Below the pieces are notes generated by a model that was given only the letters and a program-made list of their open reading frames with translations, was not told the DNA's origin and ran no database searches. The translations under genes were made by a program, and so were the position numbers. A DNA stretch of 64,000 bases from an uncultured Nitrososphaerota archaeon (GTDB lineage: Archaea > Thermoproteota > Nitrososphaeria > Nitrososphaerales > Nitrosopumilaceae), in contig CAWGPD010000003.1 of NCBI GenBank assembly GCA_963824385.1, forward strand, positions 259,976 through 323,975, given 5' to 3'. Shown here in pieces: positions 1 to 9,692 of this stretch. Numbering within the stretch: position 1 is the first letter of the stretch; every line of letters begins with the position of its first letter.

Positions 1-309
1 GCAATTGTAATATTGGCATTGTTACTTGGAACAAAGCGATTGCCTGATGCAACAAAAAAACTTGCAAAAATTATGGCCCAGTATGATAAAACAAAAAATA
101 TGGTCCAAGAAGAAATTAAAAAAGCCAGAGGGGAAATTAACATCAATATCTCAGGTCCTGTAATGTCGGAGAGACAAAAACTAGAAACACTTGCTAAATC
201 TTTGGGAGTTAACACTGAAGATAAAACAGATGATGAACTACGTAATTTGGTTCATACTAAACTTGGCGGATCTGTAAAACCAGATCAAGATAATGCATCA
301 AAACAGTAA
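1..309 (+). CDS. tatA: TatA/E-family twin-arginine translocase subunit (5' truncated by window)
   Basis: Frame 1 reads AIVILALLLGTKRLPDATKKL: TM helix, hinge Gly and amphipathic helix resembling the TatA LLFGxxKLPE pattern. Confidence 0.7.
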   Translation, partial: AIVILALLLGTKRLPDATKKLAKIMAQYDKTKNMVQEEIKKARGEININISGPVMSERQKLETLAKSLGVNTEDKTDDELRNLVHTKLGGSVKPDQDNASKQ

Positions 310-361
310 GCGATCTTAAACAAATTTAAATACAATATCTAGTCAGACATAACGATAAAGA

Positions 362-1609
362 TTGGCTAAAATCGATCCTTGGCAAAATGCACTCAAGCAA
401 CTTGCAGACGCTGCAAAAATTCTAAAACTTGATGCTGGAGTTCACGAGATGCTTGCAAACCCGAAAAAAATTCTCATAGTTTCATTGCCAGTAAAGATGG
501 ATGATGGCAGAATCAAAATATTCACAGGTTATAGATCACAGCATAATGACTTTAGAGGACCACACAAGGGCGGAATAAGATATCATCCAGATGTTACAAT
601 TGAAGAAGTAAAGGCACTATCAATGTGGATGACTTGGAAATGTGCAATTGTTGATGTTCCATTTGGAGGCGGTAAGGGAGGAATCATCTGTGATCCAAAG
701 AAACTCTCAGCAGGAGAAAAAGAGAGGATGACAAGGAGATATGCATATGCAATATCTGAGATAATTGGACCGGGAAAAGATGTTCCAGCTCCTGATGTCT
801 ATACAACTGGAAAAGAGATGGCACAGATTATGGATGTTTATAGTGTATTACATGGACAAGGAGAACCAGCTGTTATTACAGGAAAACCGCTCTCAGTTGG
901 AGGCTCTCTTGCAAGAAACGTAGCTACAGGCCTTGGTGTTTCTTATTGTGTAAGAGAAGGCGCAAAGAAGATTGGATTAAAACTCAAGGGTGCAAGAATT
1001 GTCATACAAGGTTTTGGTAATGCTGGAACATATGCTGCAGAATATATTGAAAAGTTAGGCGGAAAAATTATCGGAGTAAGCGACTCTAGAGGTTCTATAA
1101 TTAATCTAAAGGGACTTGATCCAAAGAAGGTCTTGGAATACAAAAATAAACACGGAAGCGTTGTTGGATATCCAGGAAGCAAAAAGGTAACAACAGAAGA
1201 ACTTCTTACAACTCCATGTGATGTTCTAGTACCCGCAGCACTTGAGAACCAGATTACTCCTCAAATTGCAAGAAAAATAAAATGTAAAATAATTGCTGAA
1301 GCGGCAAACGGTCCAACTACTCCTGATGCAGATGATATTTTATTCAAAAATAAAATCATGGTTATCCCAGATATCCTGGCAAACTCTGGTGGTGTGTGTA
1401 TTTCATATCTAGAATGGGTACAAAACTTGCAAAGATACTATTGGACATTTGACGAGGTTGCAGGCAAGATGGAAAATCACATAGTTCGTGGTTTTAACGA
1501 TACATATGCACTATCAAAGAAACACAATGTCGACATGAGAAAGGGAAGTATGGTCCTTGCTGTTGGCAGAGTACTAGATGCATTTGAGGCACGAGGCCTC
1601 TGGCCGTAG
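362..1609 (+). CDS. gdhA: Glutamate dehydrogenase (Glu/Leu/Phe/Val dehydrogenase family)
   Basis: GPHKGGIRYHP, PFGGGKGG, DVPAPDVYT, QGFGNAG, EAANGPTT motifs. Confidence 0.95.
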   Translation: MAKIDPWQNALKQLADAAKILKLDAGVHEMLANPKKILIVSLPVKMDDGRIKIFTGYRSQHNDFRGPHKGGIRYHPDVTIEEVKALSMWMTWKCAIVDVPFGGGKGGIICDPKKLSAGEKERMTRRYAYAISEIIGPGKDVPAPDVYTTGKEMAQIMDVYSVLHGQGEPAVITGKPLSVGGSLARNVATGLGVSYCVREGAKKIGLKLKGARIVIQGFGNAGTYAAEYIEKLGGKIIGVSDSRGSIINLKGLDPKKVLEYKNKHGSVVGYPGSKKVTTEELLTTPCDVLVPAALENQITPQIARKIKCKIIAEAANGPTTPDADDILFKNKIMVIPDILANSGGVCISYLEWVQNLQRYYWTFDEVAGKMENHIVRGFNDTYALSKKHNVDMRKGSMVLAVGRVLDAFEARGLWP

Positions 1610-1643
1610 AAATACCTAATACTCAAGTTCACGATATTATTTT

Positions 1644-1871
1644 ATGAACAAAGCATTTATCGCTATTCATTGTGAGACGGGAAAAGAAAATCCAATCATT
1701 AGAAAACTAATGGAGATCAAAGGTGTTTCAGAAGTTACAGGAACCTTGGGGCTGTACGATATTATAGCCAAAGTTGAGGCGCAAGATTCAAAGGAACTTG
1801 AAAGTATCATAACGACAAAAATACGTAGGATTCCAAATGTTCTGACTACGATGACATTGATGGTAATCTGA
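1644..1871 (+). CDS. Stand-alone Lrp/AsnC ligand-binding (RAM) domain protein
   Basis: 75 aa, GLYDIIAKVEA and IRRIPNVLTTMT; no HTH. Confidence 0.85.
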   Translation: MNKAFIAIHCETGKENPIIRKLMEIKGVSEVTGTLGLYDIIAKVEAQDSKELESIITTKIRRIPNVLTTMTLMVI

Positions 1872-2013
1872 TTTTTATTCGCTGTCAACAAAAGACACTC
1901 ACCATTTATGTGCCTCAAAAGTTGGTTATGACTAGAATTATGATGTTAGAATTGTTGGAAATTCTATGAATTAGTCTTATGTTTAAAAGGCAAGGCTAAT
2001 TTCATTAGATTAC

Positions 2014-2037
2014 TAATCATTAGTGTCCTAATGATTA
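2014..2037. promoter_or_regulatory. Palindromic operator TAATCATTAG-N4-CTAATGATTA abutting a TATA box
   Basis: Perfect 10-bp inverted arms; identical arms recur at 57024-57047. Confidence 0.75.
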
Positions 2038-2063
2038 TATATCTCTGGTCCGTTAGTATATGT

Positions 2064-2267
2064 ATGAAATTGTTTCGCTTGGGACCAATAACTCATGTAT
2101 CCGTTATCTTGAATAGATTCATCGAGAGACGATCTGCTATGATGCCTACTCTAATCTCTATTCCTAGTGTTAGTTTTGTTATTTCAACTGTAATTATTCT
2201 AACTCTAGTAAATGTTTACAACATTGCACAGGGACGCCAGCAATACCGACTAATACCCATCAACTAG
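2064..2267 (+). CDS. Small hypothetical membrane protein (about 67 aa)
   Basis: ATG about 25 bp downstream of TTATATAT box; one hydrophobic segment (SFVISTVIILTLV). Confidence 0.4.
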   Translation: MKLFRLGPITHVSVILNRFIERRSAMMPTLISIPSVSFVISTVIILTLVNVYNIAQGRQQYRLIPIN

Positions 2268-2350
2268 TGTAAAAATTCTTCAAGATAATTTTAGAATCTT
2301 TTACCTTGATAGAAAATCCATAACCCTTGAGGAATTTTACGTTGTAATGA

Positions 2351-2905
2351 TTATGCTGATCTTTTAATGTCATGTAAATTTCGTAGTCCAGAAAATCGCA
2401 TATTATATTTTTCTTGTTGTTCAATTATTGTTCCATGATTAGTTTCTTTATCATATATGGCATGTTCATCTTCAACTTGTTCATTAATTTCTACAAAATA
2501 GTTTTGAATTATCTTACTTGTCGAATCAATTGGATCTATGGTGATCTTTTTATGAAAAACAAATGTTTTCTTTCGGAATTCATTCTTGAGCTTTCGGTCA
2601 AACTTACGTGAAAATTTTTCAGCCATGTCAAAATGACCCTGTTCATGTTTCAAAAGCTCTGGCAGATGAATTCCACCTGTAACTTCTAACTTCAACCATG
2701 ATTGAGATGGAAAAAAATAGGCACGTGTCCAAATGTCTTCCACCTTTACCTTGAATCTTTTTTTATCTTCATCTAATGTATGGCTAAAAAAATATTGAAT
2801 TCCAGTACGGCTTTTGGCATGATATGGATCATTGTTATCAGATATACCCAGAAAATGTTCTACTGTTAACATAAAATCTGGAGTCCATTCAATTTCCTCA
2901 GGCAA
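2351..2905 (-). CDS. DUF922-like Zn-dependent metalloprotease
   Basis: LLKHEQGHFDMAE (HExxH) plus YDKETNHG C-terminal motif typical of DUF922. Confidence 0.75.
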   Translation of the reverse strand: MPEEIEWTPDFMLTVEHFLGISDNNDPYHAKSRTGIQYFFSHTLDEDKKRFKVKVEDIWTRAYFFPSQSWLKLEVTGGIHLPELLKHEQGHFDMAEKFSRKFDRKLKNEFRKKTFVFHKKITIDPIDSTSKIIQNYFVEINEQVEDEHAIYDKETNHGTIIEQQEKYNMRFSGLRNLHDIKRSA

Positions 2906-3125
2906 TATCTGTTCTATACTGATTCAGTATTTTACCACTTTCCAACAAATCACACTGACGTTATTACTCTAGTTATGGCGAAAAATTTACGCACAGGTGG
3001 GGGGGATTCCATTTTTACTTGCTGTCAACATACTCATCTGGTGGAATTATAATTTCTGTTTAACACTATGATTGTTTATAGTCGAGACTGGGGATATTAT
3101 TTAAAAATTAAAGAAATTTCGGAAT

Positions 3126-3476
3126 CTAAGATGTGTTAAATGAATGGCCACAGGAGCAAGACTTGGTTACGTTTGGATTGTTGATTTTAAATCCAGCACC
3201 CATTAGACTCTCGATATAGTCAATGTTTGCACCTTTTAGATAGTCCGCACTGTAACTGTCAATTAGCATCTTTACACCATTTTCTTCGATTACAAGATCA
3301 TCTTCTTCGGCTGCTTTTTCAAATCCCATTCCGTAGGATAATCCAGAGCATCCTCCACCTTGTACGTAGACTCTGAGAAATTGTGGCTTTTCGGCTTCTT
3401 CTGCCATAAAAGCAGTTACTTTTTCTGCAGCTTTTGGTGTAATTGTGACCAATTTAGTGGTCTGTGTGTTGCTCAT
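3126..3476 (-). CDS. erpA: A-type Fe-S cluster carrier (HesB/IscA/ErpA)
   Basis: GGGCSGLSY and NPN...CSCGHSF motifs. Confidence 0.93.
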   Translation of the reverse strand: MSNTQTTKLVTITPKAAEKVTAFMAEEAEKPQFLRVYVQGGGCSGLSYGMGFEKAAEEDDLVIEENGVKMLIDSYSADYLKGANIDYIESLMGAGFKINNPNVTKSCSCGHSFNTS

Positions 3477-3552
3477 TAAACCTAATTCGTGCTTTAAATT
3501 ATAATAATCTTTTCCTACCGGTCATAATAGGAATTAAAGATTAGTCCAAGAC

Positions 3553-4314
3553 TTACTTTTTTGACTTGTTAACAAATGCAGTCATTCGTTCAGTTCTGTC
3601 TGGATGTGTAAAGCACAGACCCCATGTGTATAGCTCTAATGCAAGACCTGTGTCAATGTCAGAGTTTCTTCCCTTGTTGATTGCAATCTTTGACATTCTT
3701 ACTGCCATTGCAGAATTCTGTGCAATCATCTTTGCAATGTTCATTGTCTCTTCCATTAATTTTGCAAGTTCTACTACTTTGTTTACAAGGCCCATCTCTT
3801 TTGCTTCATCTGATTTTACCATTCTTCCAGTAAAGATCAAATCTTTTGCCTGAGAGATTCCAATTATTCTCTGCAATCTTTGAGTTCCACCCCAACCTGG
3901 ACATACTCCAATTGTTACTTCGGGCTGTCCAATTCTTGCAGTATCTGCAGCTACTCTAATATCACAAGCAAGTGCAAGCTCACATCCTCCACCCAATGCA
4001 AATCCATTGATTGCTGCAATTGTTGGCTTGCTACAATTTTCAACTGTTGTTGTTAAAAGATGACCAAGTTTTGCATAGGTCTCAGATTCTATTGGCGTAA
4101 TTGTTGACATGTATGCAATGTCTGCACCTGCAGAAAATGCCTTGTCACCCTCTCCTGTTAAAACTACCGCCTTGACAGAATCATCTGTTTCGATTTCTTT
4201 GAATACTTTGATGATATCATTTGCAACATCCATGTTCATGGCATTGAGCTTGTCTGGTCTATTTACTTTGATTGTACAGATTCCATCTGCTTTTGAAACT
4301 AGAACTAGGGACAT
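3553..4314 (-). CDS. Crotonase-family 3-hydroxypropionyl-CoA dehydratase / crotonyl-CoA hydratase (3HP/4HB cycle)
   Basis: [31 protein letters not shown]; start moved to MSLVLV at 4314; adjacent to ADP-forming acyl-CoA synthetase as in other AOA. Confidence 0.88.
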   Translation of the reverse strand: MSLVLVSKADGICTIKVNRPDKLNAMNMDVANDIIKVFKEIETDDSVKAVVLTGEGDKAFSAGADIAYMSTITPIESETYAKLGHLLTTTVENCSKPTIAAINGFALGGGCELALACDIRVAADTARIGQPEVTIGVCPGWGGTQRLQRIIGISQAKDLIFTGRMVKSDEAKEMGLVNKVVELAKLMEETMNIAKMIAQNSAMAVRMSKIAINKGRNSDIDTGLALELYTWGLCFTHPDRTERMTAFVNKSKK

Positions 4315-4315
4315 C

Positions 4316-6440
4316 TCAAGACTCCTTTGGTCTATGCTTTCCCCACTGGTATAAAGCAGATGCTGCTGCAACCCAGTCTCTCAAGTCATCATAGACTGGA
4401 ACATTGTGTTTTTCAATTAATCCAGCTACTTTGGCTGTATAAGGACCGCCATTTCCACCTACAAGTAATGGTTTCTTGCCTTGCTTTGAGAACTCTCCAA
4501 GATAATCAATGATTGTTTCTTCAAGAGGATCGTCTTGGAAGACAAACCATGGCATAACAATGTCGATGTTAGGATCGTCCATGAACTTTTGTATGGAATA
4601 TCTATAGTCGTCTGCATTTGCACCTCCAGTTACGTCTGCTGGGTTGCCATTTCCAATCACATATGTCGGAGGATAGTGTGCCTTCATTTCTTTGAGCGTT
4701 GCTTCTGTTACTTTGCCAAGTTCTAGTCCGTACTTTTCAAATTGGTCTATTGCACCAATCATTGGACCTGCACCGTTACTGACAAGACCAACTCTTGGAC
4801 CTTTAGCTGCTGGTTGCCATGCTAATGCTTTGGCATTTGCAGCAAGTTCTTGGTAACTTTCTACTGAAACTATACCTGCTTGTTTGAATGCTCCCTGGAT
4901 GATTGCGTTAGAGCCTCCAAGTGAACCTGTATGTGAAGCTGCTTGTTTTGCACCAAGTGTACTTCTCCCACTCTTCCAGATTAGAACTGGTTTGTGTTTT
5001 TCCTTCATTACTCGTTTTGCTGTCTCGATGAACTTTCTTCCATCGCCAAAACCTTCTACATATAATGCAATTACTTTGGTTTGAGGATCATTTGCCAAGT
5101 ACCAGATCATGTCTGCTTCATCAACATCTGATCTGTTGCCATAGCTTACCATTTTTGATAATCCAAACGAGTCTGCAGTCTCAAGGAAGCTGATTCCCAT
5201 TGTTCCACTTTGTGATAATAATGCAACCGGTCCAAGCTTTGCACGGACCATTCTTTCTTGTCCTTGGAATGCACAGTCTAGTCTGTTTGCAGCATTGAAC
5301 ATGCCTATGCAGTTTGGACCAATAATTCTGATCTTGTGCTTTTCTGAGAGGCTCTTAATTTGAGATTCAAAGTCTGCTCTTTCTCCTCCAAGTTCCTTTC
5401 CACCGCCTGATACTATGACGACATTGTGGATTCCTTTCTTGGCACATGCTTCTAGAACTGGTGGAGTAATTGACAAGTCAACACATACTACAACCAGATC
5501 AACTTTGTCTGGTATTGCTTCAATTGATGGATAACATTTTAGTCCCAAAATCTCTTCTGCTTTAGGATTGATTGGGTATACTTTGCCCTTGTAATCATGC
5601 TTTCCAATACTGTCAAGTACAGAGTTTCCTACTTTACCTGGAGTTGAAGATGCACCAACAAGTGCAACAGATTCTGGTGTAAAGAATGTCTCCATAAATT
5701 CGATGTTTGGTTTTGCAGTAGAGATTGCATCCTTTTTGATCTCTTTTCTTAGAATTATTTTTGCGTCAACAACATAGTATGATTTTGGATATACTACAAT
5801 TGGATTGAAATCAATGCTGTCAAAGTAATTTGCATTGTCCACACCAATTTTTCCAATCTGGACAATTGCTTTTGCAAGCATGGTCAAGTCAATTGGTTTT
5901 GCACCTCTAAATCCTGACAAAATCTTGGAGCCCTTTAGCCTCTGTAAGCATTGATTTTGCATCATCCAATGTAATTGGTAGCATTCTAAATGCAACGTCT
6001 TTGAATATCTCAGTCAAGACACCGCCTAGTCCTACCATTATTACTGGACCAAACTGTGGGTCATTTTGGAGTCCTATGATAAGCTCTACTCCTTGAGGTA
6101 CCATCTTCTCAAGTAAGATTCCTTTAACTTGGACTCCTTTTTTCTTTGAGAGTCTTGGATACATTTCAAGAAATGTTTTCTTGACATCTTTTTCATTTTG
6201 CAGTCCTACCTTTACTCCTCCAACATCACTTTTGTGAAGTATTTGTGGTGAGACTATTTTCATTACTAGTGGAAATCCTAATTTCTTGGCAGCTTTTGCA
6301 GCATCATTTGCGCTTTTAACAAGTGCATAGCCTGGAACTTTGATACCGTATTTCTTTAGTACAGATTTTGATAGATCTTCGGTAATTACCTTATGATCTG
6401 TTGCAAATGTTTCTTCAAAAATTTTGACTACTGGATTCAA
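4316..6440 (-). CDS. ADP-forming 3-hydroxypropionyl-CoA synthetase (ATP-grasp plus CoA-binding domains); single +1 frameshift near 5939
   Basis: [11 protein letters not shown]-grasp N-part (5907-6440) joins [19 protein letters not shown] part (4316-5995) if one G is removed (ACA GAG CTA AAG GGC TCC). Confidence 0.85.
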
Positions 6441-6659
6441 AAGGATCTCTCCTCTTTATTTTCCGATCGCAATGATGAGATCTGGACTATTTTTTGTATC
6501 ATGACTGGATCGAAAAGCCTATGTGTTTTATATTAAACTTTTGACAGAAATTATGCTATTTTTGGCATATGCCAAATTTCTAGTTAGTAAAACTTTCACT
6601 AGTAGTTAGGCGTGATAACCCTAAGATCTATTATTTTATTTTGTCAGTCTAGAGTATGC

Positions 6660-7349
6660 TCAAAGATTAAACTCTGACTTGAAATTTTTATAAAATATCG
6701 CTAGATTGTTCTTGACTGTCTCAATATACTGGGGTATTTGTTTTTCAATCAGGGCTGGGTCTATGTACGGAGTATCATCAAATTCTTTTCTTGATTTTTC
6801 TATCCATAATTTGACTGTGGACTCGTCAACTTCGAGATGAAACTGTACTCCAACCGCACTTCCAATCTTTATTGCCTGATTCTGATAATTCTTTGAATGT
6901 GCTAATCTAATGGCATTTTCTGGCAGATCAAAAGTGTCTCCATGCCAATGAAATACTGTTGCAGGGCTGTTTATCCCGCTGAATAACTTGGACTTTGTAG
7001 TATTATCAAATTCAATGTCATTGTAAAACCCAATCTCTTTTCTTGGTCCCTTGTATACTCTGGCACCAAATGCTTTTGCAATTAACTGAGACCCAAGACA
7101 GATGCCTAAGACTGGAATGTTCTTTTCCACTGATTTACGTATAAGTTCCAATTCTTTTTTCAGATATGGCAGATCATCATTTGCACTCTCTGGCGCTCCA
7201 AGAATTATTATTACATCAGGTTTGATGTCTGGAATCTCTTCGCTTTTTGCAAATACTGTTTTTATATATACTCCATCTTTTCTTAGCAGTTCCCCTAGTA
7301 TTCCAATGCCTTCGTTCTTTGTATTTTGAATCACTAGAAATTTTGTCAT
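6660..7349 (-). CDS. Class I glutamine amidotransferase (GMP-synthase-like)
   Basis: PVLGICLGSQL nucleophile motif, QFHLE. Confidence 0.9.
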   Translation of the reverse strand: MTKFLVIQNTKNEGIGILGELLRKDGVYIKTVFAKSEEIPDIKPDVIIILGAPESANDDLPYLKKELELIRKSVEKNIPVLGICLGSQLIAKAFGARVYKGPRKEIGFYNDIEFDNTTKSKLFSGINSPATVFHWHGDTFDLPENAIRLAHSKNYQNQAIKIGSAVGVQFHLEVDESTVKLWIEKSRKEFDDTPYIDPALIEKQIPQYIETVKNNLAIFYKNFKSEFNL

Positions 7350-7392
7350 ATAATCTGAAAATTGCTTAATACTCTAGCTTGTAAATAAGTTT

Positions 7393-7768
7393 GTGAAAAT
7401 TGAGGCGCAGGATGTATTCAAAGTCAAAGACTTTGTCAAGTCTCTGAATTTAGCACATGATAGTATCATAGTTGTTGAAGGAAAACGTGATGAGGATGCC
7501 TTGAAAAAATTAGGATATTGTGGAAAGATTTGTCAGTTTCACAGACTTCAAGGGATTAGTAAAATTTGCAGACAGTATGCCCAAGTACAAGAATTTGATA
7601 TTATTACTAGATTCTGACAGAAAAGGAAGATATCTTACAAAGAGAATAATTGCTCAACTTCAACACAGAATGTCAATAGATCTTTCATATAGAAAAGAGC
7701 TTACCATTGTCACCAAAGGAAGGATCAAGAATGTAGAGGATCTATCCATGTATGCCATAGAGGTATGA
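7393..7768 (+). CDS. Small Toprim-domain protein; frameshift near 7545
   Basis: IVVEGKRD in first ORF and LLDSDRKG in overlapping second ORF. Confidence 0.8.
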
Positions 7769-7845
7769 TTCCCGGTAAAAACGAATAAGCACTTATATCG
7801 AACCATTAAGAAAAATAATTGATCAAAAATTAAGAGGATAATGAA

Positions 7846-8991
7846 TTGGTATACACAGGAATTGTCAAGTATCACGTTAAGCTCAGCTTCGAAGTCGACG
7901 GACTCGTTGAAAAGGCAGATATTATAGGTGCAATTTTTGGCCAGACAGAAGGTCTGCTTGGCCCAGAGATGAACCTAAACGAACTCCAGAAAATGTCGAA
8001 GGTAGGACGAATAGAAGTCAATACTACGGCATCGTCTACTCAAACAAAGGGAGATGCTTTGATTCCTATGAGTACTGATATCAACACTGCCGCACTAATT
8101 GCAGCTGCTATTGAGAGTATAGATAAAGTCGGTCCATTTCAAGCTCATTTCAAATTAGATGCTATTGATGATGTTAGAACTGCCAAGAAAAAAGAGATAG
8201 TAGATAGAGCAAAGGATATCGTCCAAAAGTGGTCTACAAAGACAATAAGCGAAGGTGAAGAGATGCTCAAGGACGTGTCTGATATTGGTTCTGCTGGAAA
8301 GATTGCTGCATTTGGAAAAGAAAAACTTGCATGCGGTTCTGGAGTATTTGATTCACCATGGATAATTCTCGTAGAGGGTAGAGCAGATGTGATAAATCTA
8401 CTAAGAGCTGGTTTTGATAACGCACTTGCAATAGAGGGCGCAAAAATTGACGAATCAATAAAATCCCTTTGTGATTCTAAATCCAAAGTAGTTGCATTCC
8501 TTGATGGAGATAGAGCAGGCGGTTTCATACTAAAAGAACTAAAATCTCTTGTCAATGTAGATGTAGTACATAGAGCACCAGAAGGTGTAGAAGTTGAAGA
8601 ACTAACTCCAATACAGATTGCAGAAATTCTAAAAGAGACTGCAGAAGACATGAAAAAGGAGACAGCCAAACCTGCACTCAAGGATGTAAAAGATGCACCT
8701 ATTGCTGATGTAGTAAAGAAGGTATATTCTGAACTTAATGAATCATTAGAAGCAATTGCACTTGATGATGGTACAAACCAAGTCTTCAAGGTGCCAGTAA
8801 GTGAGGTTGTAGGAAAACTTGCTGCAGGTTCTGGAATAAAATATCTAATACTTGATGGAATTATTACACAAAGACTAGTAGACTCTGCAAAACAAGCTGG
8901 AATTGGGTATCTAATTGGCCATAGAATGGCTAATCTAAAATCCACTGATGGATTGACACTCAAAACATTTACAGAGCTTGGTGTTGCATAA
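7846..8991 (+). CDS. dnaG: Archaeal DnaG (exosome-associated Toprim protein)
   Basis: GAIFGQTEGLLG, LVEGRADVINLL, AFLDGDRAG. Confidence 0.95.
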   Translation: MVYTGIVKYHVKLSFEVDGLVEKADIIGAIFGQTEGLLGPEMNLNELQKMSKVGRIEVNTTASSTQTKGDALIPMSTDINTAALIAAAIESIDKVGPFQAHFKLDAIDDVRTAKKKEIVDRAKDIVQKWSTKTISEGEEMLKDVSDIGSAGKIAAFGKEKLACGSGVFDSPWIILVEGRADVINLLRAGFDNALAIEGAKIDESIKSLCDSKSKVVAFLDGDRAGGFILKELKSLVNVDVVHRAPEGVEVEELTPIQIAEILKETAEDMKKETAKPALKDVKDAPIADVVKKVYSELNESLEAIALDDGTNQVFKVPVSEVVGKLAAGSGIKYLILDGIITQRLVDSAKQAGIGYLIGHRMANLKSTDGLTLKTFTELGVA

Positions 8992-8996
8992 AATTA

Positions 8997-9692
8997 ATGT
9001 CAGAACTAAAGATTCAACACATTCTAACTCTTGCAGAACTTTTTACCAAAGGTGCACGATATAATTTTGTCCCAATAACTACATCTTCTTTGGGAAAAAG
9101 TATTCATAAATCACAGCAAGCTGCATCAAAACATCTCATGGATCTTGAGGCAAATGGCTATGTGGAAAGATTGCGTAGTGGACAAAAGGTATCTGTTAGG
9201 ATAACAACCAAAGGTCATGCCGAGATGATAAAAATATTCTCTGTACTAAAATCAAGCCTTGAATCAATTCCTGCCTATTTAGAATTCAAGGGGACAATTA
9301 GTTCTGGAATGGGTGAGGGGGCATATTACATGTCAATGAAAGGATATACAAAACAATTCAAGACAAAGCTTGGATATGTTCCATTTCCTGGGACATTGAA
9401 TGTAAAACTAAAAGACAAGGAATCAATCGAGGCTAAGCGTTCTCTTGATGCGTATGATGCCATAATGGTTGATGGTTTCTCAGATGGAAAGAGAACTTAT
9501 GGCTGGGTAAAATGCTATCCTGCCAAAGTTAACAACATTGATGCCGCACTGATTCTATTAGAGCGCACACACCATGATGATTCTATAATTGAATTAATCT
9601 CAAAAGAGAATATCAAAAAGGTAACAAAACTTTCTACTGGTTCTAAAACATCAATACGAGTTCCAGTGCGTTTGAAATCTATTCGAGATTAA
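8997..9692 (+). CDS. ribK: CTP-dependent riboflavin kinase with N-terminal wHTH
   Basis: SQQAASKHL HTH; SGMGEGAYY, PFPGTLN, ERTHH. Confidence 0.93.
   Translation: MSELKIQHILTLAELFTKGARYNFVPITTSSLGKSIHKSQQAASKHLMDLEANGYVERLRSGQKVSVRITTKGHAEMIKIFSVLKSSLESIPAYLEFKGTISSGMGEGAYYMSMKGYTKQFKTKLGYVPFPGTLNVKLKDKESIEAKRSLDAYDAIMVDGFSDGKRTYGWVKCYPAKVNNIDAALILLERTHHDDSIIELISKENIKKVTKLSTGSKTSIRVPVRLKSIRD

Larger units (their letters stand above)
1871..3030. mobile_element. Putative degenerate non-autonomous inserted segment bounded by 20-bp direct repeats and internal inverted repeats
   Basis: ATTTTTATTCGCTGTCAACA (1871-1890) vs ATTTTTACTTGCTGTCAACA (3011-3030), 18/20; imperfect inverted repeats about 1909-1961 and 2938-2995. 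Confidence 0.45.

Noticed and set aside
1644..1871. HTH-less Lrp proteins (also 39357-39587) as truncated pseudogenes
   Set aside because: Stand-alone RAM-domain proteins are common and intact in archaea, including AOA
2985..3010. G-rich stretch as tRNA or ncRNA fragment
   Set aside because: No cloverleaf, TTCRA T-loop or CCA end discernible; treated only as part of the cassette end
8145..8963. 272-aa antisense ORF (also 16561-17235, 35739-36287, 43470-43967, 44217-44777)
   Set aside because: Shadow ORFs opposite well-supported genes, Ser/Ile/Phe-rich with no motifs
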